Origin: Octopus bimaculoides
Taxonomy: Eukaryota
Assembly: GCF_001194135.2 (NCBI RefSeq)
Contig: NC_068985.1
Coordinates: 64,757,250 to 64,800,991, forward strand
DNA: 43,742 nt
Direction: 5' to 3'
The notes beneath the pieces were generated by a model. The model had not been told where the DNA came from and did no database searches. It saw only the letters and a program-made list of their open reading frames with translations. A program made the position numbers and the translations under genes. Below, piece by piece: positions 10,850-22,340 of the stretch; within the stretch, counting starts at the first letter, position 1; every line of letters starts with the position of its first letter.

Positions 10850-11560
10850 TATAAGAGAAAAGGTTTACGTATGCTGCTATATATATATAAATAATACAGA
10901 ATGGGACAAGAACGCAAAACTTCCAGACAGTTAGGTGATACAAGAAAGGGACAAAACATCCAGATAGACGATACAAAGATAACAAGGACAGGTCATTCAG
11001 AATTTTCTTTCTTCATATATATATATAGGGGAGAATTCAGAAAAAAGCAAAAGATGAAGACAGGTGGTGTAGACAACAAACAGATGTATTAGTTTAACGT
11101 TTGGGAAGTGAAAAAGTCTTTAACGTTTTGAGCCTACGCTCTTCCGCAGAAAGAAACAGGGAGAGAAAATAAAGAATGTTTTGTGGCTAGCGATCTATCA
11201 TGGCGAATGCCGGACAGAGAGGTCATACAGGATAGCTAGGTAGAAGGGGAGATAATAAAGTGGTGGTGATCCCAAAATGAAGGTGTGCATGCGTGTGTAT
11301 AAGAGAGCATGTATGTGCATGTGGAAGAGGGCTGGTGACCTTGACGTGTGTATGTGTAGGTGTGTGGGAGATGGTGTGGGGCTGGAAAGTGGTCAGTGGT
11401 AGTTTGTGCGTGGTTGTGTGATGTGGTGTGTGGTACGGTGATGTATGGTGTGGTGGTATGTGGTGTGGTGTTGGGATGTGGGGGAGGTGAGAGTGGGGAA
11501 AGCAAAGGTGGGGTATGTGGGTGTGTGTGTGTATAAAAAGGATAGAATAAATAGAGTCAA
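10850..11560 (-). mobile_element. Probable PLE pLTR / non-autonomous PLE-derived repeat carrying a decayed HHR
   Basis: Contains the HHR motif at 11117-11154 and has strong strand asymmetry like the PLE at 34797-36140. No ORF was recognised. Confidence 0.5.
11117..11154 (-). ncRNA. Decayed minimal type I hammerhead
   Basis: Minus strand reads TCTTT-CTGCGGA-A-GAGC-GTAG-GCTC-AAAAC-GTT-AAAGA. Stems I and II are perfect and stem III is the palindrome AACGTT. The core is mutated at CTGCGGA and AAAAC. Confidence 0.7.
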
Positions 11561-12199
11561 AAGGAAGAGGGAGTACAATTTGACGGCTGTTTAATGACAA
11601 CTACACATTTTTTTATTTTTCGCACTCACGGAATGCCTAAGCCTGAATTGATAGTATACCATTAATACTGCCGGCTACCTGGTAATTCTTAGGGCGAACA
11701 AGCTCTATTTTATACTCTAATACGTTCTTAATATATATAATGTATCTAATGCATATATATATGCATTAGATACATTATATATATATATATATATATATAT
11801 NNNNNNNNNNNNNNNNNNNNNNNNNNNNNNNNNNNNNNNNNNNNNNNNNNNNNNNNNNNNNNCAATCATATAATAATATAAATAATATATAAATATATGC
11901 ATATATCCATACATATATGTACATATATATGTATATATACATGCATATATGGGTACAGGACATAAAAAAAAAACGTTAAACACAATGAGAAACGAAAACA
12001 TAGAAAACGAACTTTTTTCGAACAACGAAAAAACAGAGAAATGAGACATGCAACATAAGGAGTATACCCCTTCATCAGTTGTCCCAGTTTCATCTACTCC
12101 GCATTTCGAAGGCAAGGACAATACATGACTTCGTTGAAACAGTCCTTCCAGCAAAGCAAATTAAATAAAATTTGGGATTTTTTGCAGAGGGTGAAAGTG

Positions 12200-12775
12200 T
12201 TAACAGTCAGAGAGAAGGAAACCATAATGGTCCTCTGGCGGACATTTATCCTCAGCCACCTAAACTGCTGCTCCCAGCTATGGTCACTCCACAATGTAAA
12301 TTAACAGTGTAAATTGAAGCAATTCAGAGAAGCTGTACAAAAAAGATTGTCTCATTGCAACAACTCAGCTACTGGGAAAGGTTGAAACAGAGCAAAGGCG
12401 GGAGAGATATGCAGTAATATACATCTGGAAGATCCTGGAAGGAATTGTGCCAAATTTTAGCATTGAAAGTAACACAAATGCCAGAACGGCTCACCACTGC
12501 ACAGTGCCAAAGATCCCAACAATGCTGTTACGCTTCAGGACTAGTTACTGCAACAGCCTGGGTTTCAAGGTTCCACAGCTTTTTGATATTCTCCCAAAGA
12601 GTCTGAGGGACTCACACAAAGTTGATTTAGGTGTTTTCAAAACAAAACTGGATCTCTTCCTGTTGAGAGTCCTAGTTGAACCTACCTTGCGGCAGGAGGC
12701 ACAGATGAGGGCAGTGACATCAAACTCCCTTATTCACCAAATGCTACATATCAGAGGAGGCTCTCAATAATAACA
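12200..12775 (+). mobile_element. CR1-clade LINE, RT C-terminal/3' fragment
   Basis: Reads REKETIMVLWRTFILSHLNCCSQLWS...IEAIQRSCTKKI...LSYWERLK...RRERYAVIYIWKILEGIVPNF. Confidence 0.8.
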
Positions 12776-12830
12776 GTGTAGCAAAATGGCAGTGCCCCAG
12801 CATGGCCATGGCTTTGAACTAAAACTGATG

Positions 12831-12863
<33 letters not shown>

Positions 12864-13224
12864 ATGTATATATATATATATATATAATATTAATAAAATA
12901 GCTGGAATGAGTAAAAGATTTTATTGGGTATGGCATGTTTTGACCCATTCTGGGTCTCTTTGGGTACATCAATAAAAAGTCTCACTGGAGATTTTCTTAG
13001 TCAGCTTACGTACTGCTATATGTCTATCAAATTTGAGAATGAGTAAAAAACAGAAAAATTATTGAAATGCAAAAAATTCAAATATAAACGTGAAAATTAT
13101 ACATTCTACTTTAGAGAAAATGACGTAATGAGCCTTCACTGTTGTAACTGTTAAGAGAAAGAAAAGGATATAGAAGTTGAAAGGAAGATAATACTTAGAC
13201 GAAAATTTTTTTGTGTTCATGCTT

Positions 13225-13830
13225 AGACACACATATACATACACAGATACATATATATATATATATGCACATATACATACGTGCTCACACACGCACATTC
13301 AAGTATATGGGTATATACATACAACTAGATACACATACATATGCACATATGGATGAATACATACATATATATATATATATATATAGGAAGTCATATTTGC
13401 AGGTACACACATGTATATATACATAAATATACGTACATAGCATAGATAAATATGTGCATATATTCGTACGTAAAGCAAGATACAGACGTCTGTGCAAAGT
13501 TAGACACACACACACACATGTTAATACACTCGCATATACACATAAGTAAATATATATATGCATATACATACATATACACACATATATACATATATGTATG
13601 CATATACACACATAAACACATGCCCACGTACATGTATACACAAATTCACACTAATAATTACATACACCTACAAAAGAAATGCAAATGCGCAGAGATAAAT
13701 ATGTAGATATATATATATATATCTATATATATGTACATATATACACATGCACACACACACACACACACACACATATCTATATATATACATATATACACAT
13801 GCATACACGTACAATATATGCATATGTCAA
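13225..13830. repeat. Compound (TA)n/(CA)n/(CATA)n microsatellite block
   Basis: Visible low-complexity sequence. The overlapping ORFs are Y/I/H/T/C/V artefacts. Confidence 0.9.
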
Positions 13831-14220
13831 TTGCTTTAAAGTACTGTTTATGATTCTATTCAATTATGATTATTGAGGCAAAGATTGATATAAGTTAACG
13901 CCCAACCAATCGATTTGCAACTGGATAGAAAGCCCTGCAAAGAGCATTGTGACACTTTAAGAAGGGATAACAATAGAATGTGAGGTGGCCCTGAAAAGGC
14001 TGTGTTATCATTCTCGTAATTGTAGCAATTTGGTAGGTAGTCCTGGAAGGGTGTGTAAAACGTTCGCAGGTGCATACGGCATGTTCCTTTTCCACCAACA
14101 ACAGTGGACGTGCTGTTACAAAACTTCATGCTCTGTGAAAACAGAACAGATGCCCTATGGAGGAAAGAGGGGGATTAATCATGGGTAAGTAAATATGGGT
14201 AAGTTTGAAAATATACAACA

Positions 14221-17107
14221 ATAGCATCTATTCACCATGTCAAACCGGCAAGAGTGTAGTGGTGCTGAATAGATGAATCACAACACCTCTGTCATGGAGA
14301 TGTTGTGTAAAATGACCTGTTACTTTTGAATATTTTGTATTTGATGTAAAATGTAATGGGGTAAATTATAATGTTGAGAGAGAGGATGTATGTATTTAGT
14401 TTTATCGACTTTTGAAGTCTTGTTATTTAATGTAAATTGTATTGGCTTGTAAGAGATAGTTACTTCATGTAATTATTTTTATCCATTTGTATCATTGATC
14501 ATCATTATGATGACATTTGTTGTATAAAATATGTTGCTTGGTTTTCAAATTGTATGTTGCGATCCTGTTGCCGCTGATGTGAACTGTAATGTTGAGAGAG
14601 GAGATGGAAGGGGGGAGATGTTTCATGTATGTCAGATGTAGAAGATGAGGCTGTTGTGCTGACGAAGGGAGGGAAATAGAGCTGAGTGGAGGCCAGGTGT
14701 TGGTGAAGTGTGAAGTAATTGCAGGGAACCGCCTAAAAATGTAAATGTTGTCATATTGTTGACCGTTTGAGAGTCGTATGGAAGTGAAATAGTAACGTGT
14801 CCATGGTCCTCCGATGCCCTCAGAATGGGGGTTGGTGAGGAAAAACAGCTGATTTTTGAGCAGGGTCTGATTTGTAATGAAGCTTTGTAATGCCTCAAGA
14901 ATCAGCCTTTTTACAGCTGATGGTTGGGAGTGTCGAGTGCACTGCAATGAATATTAACCTACACCTACTTAGAAATTACTGACGAAAAGGCAAAAATTCC
15001 CAAAAAATTTTTTAAAGTTATAAAATTAGGAAGCGAAGTAATTCTATAAAACCTCCTTGTACACAATGTTTTTTGTTTTTCCTTGTGGAACGAACGCAAA
15101 AGCATCACTCTTGCTGCCCACATGCGTGCAGCCAACATAAAGTTGACAATGAGAGAAACACGGCTCCCCGAAATGTATTCCCGTGACAGATAGCGTTTGC
15201 CCCTGTGCTTTGTTAATTGACATTGCGAAGCATGGCCTAACTGGAAACTGGGACCTCTGAAATGTGAAAGGTAGGTCTGCTCCTGATGGGAAAAGCTACA
15301 TCCTCGGTATGAGCACAACATTGCCTCAACTGCACCCTGTGATTATTGTAGCCTCAATTAGATCGGGAGATAAGGACTTAACGATCAAACGTGTCCCATT
15401 GCATTGTTTCGGTAGAACCAAATTTCGAATGAGCATTATAAGGGCACCAAGTTTAAGTTTCAGAATGTGTGGGGGTAGTCCAGGGAGCTGAAAGGAATTT
15501 AGTACCTCTATTGGATAGTTGATGACGTCCTTGGGGTCAGGAGTTCTACCGATAGACTTATATATATAGCAATCCCCAGGAATGAGTTTTAGCATTTGAT
15601 CATTAATATGGTTAACAGTTTTATTCTTCGGGGCCAGAATAGCCCTTTGGCCAATCCATATTCTGATAATTTGATTGGAGATCTGGGAACACTGCATCCG
15701 TGAGATCAGAAGGCGTATTAACAATGGTACAAAGTGAATCGATGGCAACATTACCCTTTTCGTCGCAGGGAGTTTTGCCTTCGCCAAGTGCAAGGAGGGT
15801 GTTAGAAAATTCTGCTGATACTATGTCACCTCGCATATGAGCATGCATGTTAGTGTTAAATTTGAGAGTCTTCACCAGGGGCCACAATGTGGATGACATG
15901 CACGTACTGTATCAGCTCTAGTTGAAGACGACTGTCACAGCTATGAATAAGTATGTCTCGCTTATTGTGCTGTTCATCATGGAGAAGTACAGCCACTTCA
16001 TTGCACGAAGGAGTGTTATAATGGCATGCGTGCTCCCCAGAAGGTCTTTTGTCAGCATCGATGACAATGGTGAAGTTTGGTGAAGGGGCTGTTTGCAAAG
16101 CTTATTTGAAACTGCGAATATAGCTGTTGTGCTCATGAAGTATGTTTTGCAGACTGAGTAGAATGTCCCTGTCAAAAGTATCAGCGTCAGTGTTTGCAGG
16201 GGGTGGAATAATGGCGAACCGTACATGAAGTTGCCTACTGTAGTTGGAAATGAAGTAAATTTGGTGGAATGAAGGCTTGCAATTTTGTAGTGCAATTTTG
16301 TAGACAGGTGTACCAATAAGATGGTACACCTGTCCCTGGACCTTGAAAGTAGGCATCCAACCACTGTCTGTGACAACGTTAGCCCCAAAAGAAGTCATCT
16401 GAAACACACACAATTGTAATTTCTGATGATTTGAAGGAATTTTGATGACCTTGTGGTAGAAGCAGTAAGTAGTTCCTTTAAAGGCTGTGGCAGTTCTGGA
16501 AGAGAGAGCAAGCTGACCTTACCATTTAAGCAGCACATTCCAGGTGTCTCCCCAACCCACTTTTTAGCATTGCAGAATTGGCAATTGAAGCACATTTCCC
16601 CTATATTCATATCAGCGCGGATGGAGTAATTAAAGTTTGGCTCATACTTGAAAACCCATAGGTACCAGTAATGGCTGTTGGTACTCGTCACACCGCGGGC
16701 AGCTTCTCACCATTGATTGTTCCACTGCAACATAGAACGTAGCTGGTGTTGGTCATGTGAAGGTCTCGCAGCGGTAGCAGAAGGCACATTTGCAAATGAT
16801 AATGGACAAATTGCACTGCACGTAAGGCGCTCTGTGAAAGTGTAAAAGCAGTTTGGTCGTAGGGCTCGTTTGCTTTAATCACCTTTAGCGCCAGTGCTGA
16901 CACAGTATGGTGACTGAGGCGACTTCTCTTTTTTGGTGGCATTGAATGTCTGAAAGAAAGGGTGAAAGTACAGAGAAATTGTCTTGGAAAGTATGCGTAA
17001 AATTGAAGGGGGAAAAGGTGATAAGAAACAGCAAATAAATAAATAAACTGACAGGTATTAGTATGTACGTGTGTATTTGTATGTATGTATGTATTAGTGT
17101 GTATTCT

Positions 17108-17139
<32 letters not shown>

Positions 17140-18037
17140 NNNNNNNNNNNNNNNNNNNNNNNNNNNNNNNNNNNNNNNNNNNNNNNNNNNNNNNNNNNNN
17201 NNNNNNNNNNNNNNNNNNNNNNNNNNNNNNNNNNNNNNNNNNNNNNNNNNNNNNNNNNNNNNNNNNNNNNNNNNNNNNNNNNNNNNNNNNNNNNNNNNNN
17301 NNNNNNNNNNNNNNNNNNNNNNNNNNNNNNNNNNNNNNNNNNNNNNNNNNNNNNNNNNNNNNNNNNNNNNNNNNNNNNNNNNNNNNNNNNNNNNNNNNNN
17401 NNNNNNNNNNNNNNNNNNNNNNNNNNNNNNNNNNNNNNNNNNNNNNNNNNNNNNNNNNNNNNNNNNNNNNNNNNNNNNNNNNNNNNNNNNNNNNNNNNNG
17501 GGTGTATTTGTACGTCTGTATGTATGTGTATTCTGTGTGTATATATATGGTAGTAAGTAAATGTGTTTTAATAAAGAGTGGATTGTATTTGAAAAAGATG
17601 GACAGGTATTTGTATGTATGTGTTTATTTGTATGTATGGGTGTATTTGTACGTCTGTATGTATGTGTATTCTGTGTGTATATATATGGTAGTAAGCAAAT
17701 GTGTGAAAAAAGACTTTTAAAAAACTCACAGTTTGTAGGAAATAAAAGTTTCTCGATCGCATTTATGTATGTATGCCTATATATATGGGAGATAATAGTA
17801 TCAGTATTAAAGTGAAACTGTCTGACATTAGAACAGAGGTTATTGTTTCACTTTTGACACGTAGTTCTGCAATAGTGGAGGAGATGTGATATTGCACTAG
17901 GCAAGAAGTTAAAACTTTTTTTTCGCCTAAAACACTACCTGGATCCTAAGTAAGGCATGTGTAAAATTTGAATGAAATTGGTTGTGTAGTTCTCAAGTTT
18001 TAGGGATTCACACAGACACTCACACACACATTCTCCT

Positions 18038-18050
<13 letters not shown>
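14221..18050 (-). mobile_element. Helitron, internally deleted (Rep/HUH domain and helicase N-terminal motifs missing)
   Basis: N-terminal motifs CQFCNAKKWVGETPGMCCLNGKV, FQMTSFGA and FKVQGQVYHLIG join near 15910 to Pif1-helicase C-terminal motifs STLWPLV, ILAPKN, YPIEVLNS..LPGLPPH, CNGTRLIV and FAMSINKAQGQ. An imperfect 3' stem lies at ~14227-14272 with CTAT in place of CTAG at ~14221. Both ends are tentative. Confidence 0.85.
17500..17705 (+). repeat. ~139-bp tandem duplication next to an N-gap
   Basis: GGTGTATTTGTACGTCTGTATGTATGTGTATTCTGTGTGTATATATATGGTAGTAAG occurs at ~17500 and ~17639. Confidence 0.7.
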
Positions 18051-18073
<23 letters not shown>

Positions 18074-18199
18074 TCATCATCATCATCATCATCATCAGTG
18101 TTTAATGTCCATCTTAATGCATTTGGCTCATATTATTGACTTGAATTCTTTAAGTTTCATATCAATGTCATGAAGGACATTATTAATCAGTTTTGGAAC

Positions 18200-18420
18200 A
18201 TACATCATTAGTTCTATCATGTGGTCGGAGATAGTTCTATCATGTGGTGATATCTTCACATTGTGGATAAGACCTACATGTTAGTAAAACAGACGTCTGA
18301 TATGTTATCATTCCTTGTTGGAGAGAGTTTTGTTCGCTTCATGAACAGCATTTTTGTGAGGTCAAGTAGAGATTCTGTTTGATTACACTCTTTGCATATC
18401 ATTCCTGAGATTATGTTGCC
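18200..18420 (-). mobile_element. CR1-type APE endonuclease fragment
   Basis: Minus-strand frames give LLMGDFNF, SPTRNDNISDVCFTN and ISDHMIEL. Confidence 0.7.
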
Positions 18421-19634
18421 TTCAGGCCATCTTAGCTTCAGAAGTTGAAGTCACCCATCAGAAGTATCTTAAGGCTTTGATCCAGTTTTGTTAGTACTTT
18501 TATTATTGTAAGGTTTTCCTCAACATTACCATCATGATTTGAGGGATCATGTGGGCAATACAGTGTACATATTACCACATCAATTTACTTTAAATGCACT
18601 GAGTTGCCACAGACCAGGTTTGAGTGTGACAACAGTGTTAGTGGTGTGACATTGCTGCCCATGGAAATTCCTCTATGGTGATGATCTTGTATTTATGACT
18701 GAGTTTGTAGAAGAATTAGATTTAAAATTCCAAGTATGGAAACAAAACCTCAAAACAGAAGGTTTTAAAGTTAACTTAGCAAAGACTAAAGTTTTAATTA
18801 GCAAGAAAACAGACAAAACACTAATCCCTTCAGGTAAATGGCCCTGTTCCTTATGTAGACAGGGTGTAAGTAGAAATTCCATATGGTGTGCTCAGTGCAA
18901 ATTATGAGCACATAAGGGCTGCAATGGTATCAAAGGAAGATTAACAGAATTTGTTTGTAGTAGATGTGCACGTGTAATAAACAATGAAAGCACATGGGAA
19001 ATAGTTGTTCTGAAATGCCCAGGAGACTCCCTAGAAGTGATAGTTTCTGTTATCTAGGTGGCCTAATAAGCAATGGAGGAAGATGCTCTGAAAGTATAAT
19101 TTTCAGAATATGAATTGGCTGGAGAAAGTTCAGAGAACTTTTATCTGTTGGTAACAAAAGGCCTCTTTCTCTGAATGAAAGGCAGATTGATTGGTGCCTG
19201 TTTACGAACAACAATGCTGTATGGCTGTGAACATTAGGCTGTGAATGCAGAGAGCATGTGAACACTTGAAAGAAATGAAACAAGAATAATCCATTATTTA
19301 CATTATCTACATTTGACGGATATTCGTCCTCATCTTGTTTGTTGTTAGAAGAACATCGCAAAGCTGTGACACGAGGAGATATCGATAAATCGGGTATAGC
19401 TGATCATGTATGGAAAAATGGAAACCACCTCCCCGTGTGGGATGAAGTTAAAATAATAGACAGGGAACAACACTGGAAAATACGAAAACTAAAAGAAGCA
19501 GCACATATGCTAGGACACAACAACCTCCTAAGCAGACCGAGTGCAGATATGAATAGCATATGGGAACCGGTATTGAGGAAGGATAGAAAAATAATAGATT
19601 TATAAGCCTTAAAATTCACCCCATAATTGCCCAC

Positions 19635-19709
19635 GGGCATATGGCATAGTGGTTAAGAGCACGGGCTACTAACCCCAAGGTTCCGAGTTCGATTCACGGC
19701 AGCGACCTG
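19635..19709 (+). ncRNA. tRNA-derived Pol III head (SINE-like, not a functional tRNA)
   Basis: A-box TGGCATAGTGG (19642-19652), B-box GTTCGATTC (19687-19695) and an anticodon-like arm GGG-CTACTAA-CCC. The acceptor stem does not pair. Confidence 0.75.
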
Positions 19710-19795
19710 ATTAATAATAATAATAATAATAATATAATAATAATAATAATAGTAACATCGATAGGAATGAGAACCCAGGTTCGAAATTTCCCCAA

Positions 19796-19841
19796 GACAC
19801 CTGACGAAGGCTGGAGGGTATATCAGCCGAAACGTTGTGTT
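19796..19841 (+). ncRNA. Minimal type I hammerhead ribozyme with intact core
   Basis: GACAC-CTGACGA-A-GGCTG-GAGGGTATAT-CAGCC-GAAAC-GTT-GTGTT: stem I GACAC/GTGTT, stem II GGCTG/CAGCC, palindromic stem III AACGTT and a GUU cleavage triplet. Confidence 0.85.
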
Positions 19842-20566
19842 AACAACAAACAAGATGAGGACGAATATCCGTCAAATGTAGATAATGTAAATAATGTAAA
19901 TAATTCCTCATCTCTTAAATATAGAACTGAAGAATAATCCAGTGGATGTGTAATGGTAGTGTACGTATATGACATTAGAGAAAAATTGGGTATAAGACGC
20001 ATTCGATGTTATGTCCAGAAGAGAAGATTGTGCTTGTATGATCATGTGATGCAGATTGGTGAGGACAGCTGTATGAAGACTTGTTGATTGCTAAATGTGG
20101 AAAGAACATGTGGAAGAGGCAAGCTTAGGAAGGTACGGGACAAAGTGGTGGAGATGTTGAGCCTTTCAGAGCAGATGATGGTGGGGCTGAGATGAATAGC
20201 ATTACAATGTGCTGGAGAAGACCTGTTCATCTCAGTAGAATTGAGACTCTGTTGAGCCTTCCCCCACAACTCATCATCTATTTGCTTCACTTCCCTGAAC
20301 TGATATCCTCTGCATCCAACTCATTCCCTATCTCTAATCATCTGTTGCACTATTTTCACTCAATGCACTTCCTTTTCTGTCTCATATTCATATTGCACCT
20401 GGACCTTACATATCTTTCTTCTCTCTCACTTCTAGGTGGGTAGGCCATGTTATTCACCTCTTCAGCAAGACATCTGCTCCTCTCCCTCTATCAGTTTCTT
20501 ATTTGTCCAGTGTATATCCTGATCAGTTGAGAGGTTTTATCATGCAAGTTACTTGGCAAACTTAGT

Positions 20567-20680
20567 GGTGCTAGGACAATTTGTCCCTGGTTATTTTGAC
20601 GTTGGTTAATTTGTCCTCGGTCAATTCGTCGTTGATCAATTCATTCCCAGGTCAATTCATCACTGGCCAATTTGTCCCAA
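20567..20680 (+). mobile_element. Orphan MULE-like terminus with ~15-bp subterminal repeats
   Basis: GGTGCTAGG followed by repeated GGACAATTTGTCC/GGTCAATTCGTC units, the same architecture as the ends at 23483 and 36144. Confidence 0.55.
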
Positions 20681-21199
20681 AATAGTCTTAAATGTGCTTT
20701 CCAAGGGAAAGTTTAGAACAATCACTTTAGAATAAAAATTGTCATTGGACAGTTTTAGATATTATTTTTCCTTTCTTTAACTCCCTCCCCTCTCTCAAAA
20801 GTATCTGTGCTGAACAGTTTACAAACAAATCTGCATATAAAAAATGTCAGAAAAATATGATCTAAGCCAAAATATTATTTTCCTAAAAGCAATTGCACAC
20901 TATCTTAAATTTTAAGAAAAAATAAATATGTCTAACAATCCATAAGTCAGCAAAAATATGCGCTTGTATATTTGTCAATAGCATAGGTTTGTCAATCAAA
21001 GTATACAATATTATATATCTATTACTACCAATCTTACCAATTAGCTTTTCATTGGATATTAAGCCAGATGTTAGATAACTATTTGTCTAACACCATGTCC
21101 TAGATTGGTATTTGAGTATTATATTTTCCCAGCTTGTCTTATACTTGTGTGTGTATATATCTATGTGTGTGTGTGTGTATGTATATATGTATATGCATA

Positions 21200-21500
21200 A
21201 AAGGGTAAAGACCCCCTTCAGTCATGAATGACCATGAGATTGCACCTAGAAAGTTACCTTCCAAGGCAGAAATCTGGGCAAGGTTGTTTATAGAAGACCA
21301 TCAGCTGCCTATGTATACCAGCCTCCCTTCACCACCATTGTTATCCAAGAGAGAGGCAAAGGCTGATATAGTTTAGCACTAGTGATGTCACAGCTCATTT
21401 CTGCAGCTGAATGAACTGGTGTAATGTGAAATAAAGTGTCTCGCTCAAGAACATGACACACAGCCTGGTCATGGAATCGAACTTATTACCTCATGATTGT
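21200..21500 (-). mobile_element. tRNA-derived SINE, decayed
   Basis: Minus strand has a B-box-like AGTTCGATTCC followed by CTTGAGCGAGACACTTTATTTCAC (CORE-like domain, recalled rather than aligned). Confidence 0.6.
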
Positions 21501-22075
21501 GCTTTGGCACCCTCAGTAACAATTAGTGATAGTAAAATTTTTCGTTTATTATCTTATATTGTGCCTAGCTGTTTATATTAATCTTTAATATACACATTAG
21601 CATTTCACTAAATCAGCCATAAATGACAGTCTGATTTAACCAAGTCATAGAATGATTGAGTAGTCACTGCTGACGAGTCTATGACTGATAGGCAAAACAC
21701 AATTTTCACAATAGGATACCTTGGCAAAATTTTGGAATAGCACACCCACATAAATTGGATTTTCCCTGTTTTGACGGGGATTTTTCAGACTTTTTTCTAC
21801 TGCACCCTTGCAAATGACAGGTGAGGGAAGCTTTTTAGGTAAAAAAATTTTGAAAATTTATTATTCCCTCCATCTCTGAACTGATTTTGTCCAGTTTTTT
21901 TTCTTTTTGCACTACATACTTAAAAACAATGGGAGGCACCTTTTTGGTCAGAAAAAGAAAATTTTTTTTGAAAATTATGAATTTTTCAAACCCCCACCTC
22001 CCCTACTCAGTACTGATTTTGGTCAATGTTTTTTTTCCCTATGCACTTAAAAATGATGGAGAGGTTAAAAAAAAA

Positions 22076-22340
22076 TAGAAATAATACATTTCTAAATCTC
22101 TCTGAGAGATTTATGCAGTAGTGATACAATGAAGTAGATGTATGCTGTCATCAGTCTGGAGTAGCATGACTTGCTAGTCGAAGATGCCCGTCAAGCTGTT
22201 GTAAACATATAATAATTCTAGTGAAATACATTCACTGATTTCAAATTTAGAAATAATACATTTCTAAATCTCTCAGAGAGATTTATGCAGTAGTGATACA
22301 ATGAAGTAGTTGTATGCTGTCAACTTAATGTGACAGTCCC
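22076..22340 (-). repeat. Diverged, internally deleted tandem copies of the 342-bp HHR repeat
   Basis: TAGAAATAATACATTTCTAAATCTCTC occurs at 22076 and ~22247. GTCATCAGTCTGGAGTAGCATGACTTGCT matches 192-219. Confidence 0.8.

Larger units (their letters stand above)
19294..19929 (+). mobile_element. 5'-truncated Penelope-like element: inverted pLTR piece + GIY-YIG C-terminus + pLTR
   Basis: EHRKAV...SGIADHVW...WDEVKIIDREQHWKIRKLKEA at 19339-19605. 19292-19345 is the reverse complement of ~19841-19894. Flanked by an 11-12-bp TSD. Confidence 0.88.
18600..20250 (+). mobile_element. RTE LINE 3' fragment interrupted by a PLE insertion (19294-19929)
   Basis: Motifs LYGDDLV, GFKVNLAKTKV and WPCSLCRQGV are present. 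The sequence resumes after 19930. The duplication AAGAATAATCCA occurs at 19282-19293 and 19930-19941. Confidence 0.8.

Noticed and set aside
12055-12100. Hammerhead on the minus strand (CTGATGA-A-GGGG-TATA-CTCC)
   Set aside because: No GAAA follows stem II, and no NUH site or stem I partner was found.
17500-17705. Biologically meaningful tandem duplication
   Set aside because: It is adjacent to an N-gap in low-complexity sequence and may be an assembly artefact.
19635-19709. Functional tRNA gene
   Set aside because: The acceptor stem does not pair and the ACT anticodon is atypical. It is a SINE-like head.
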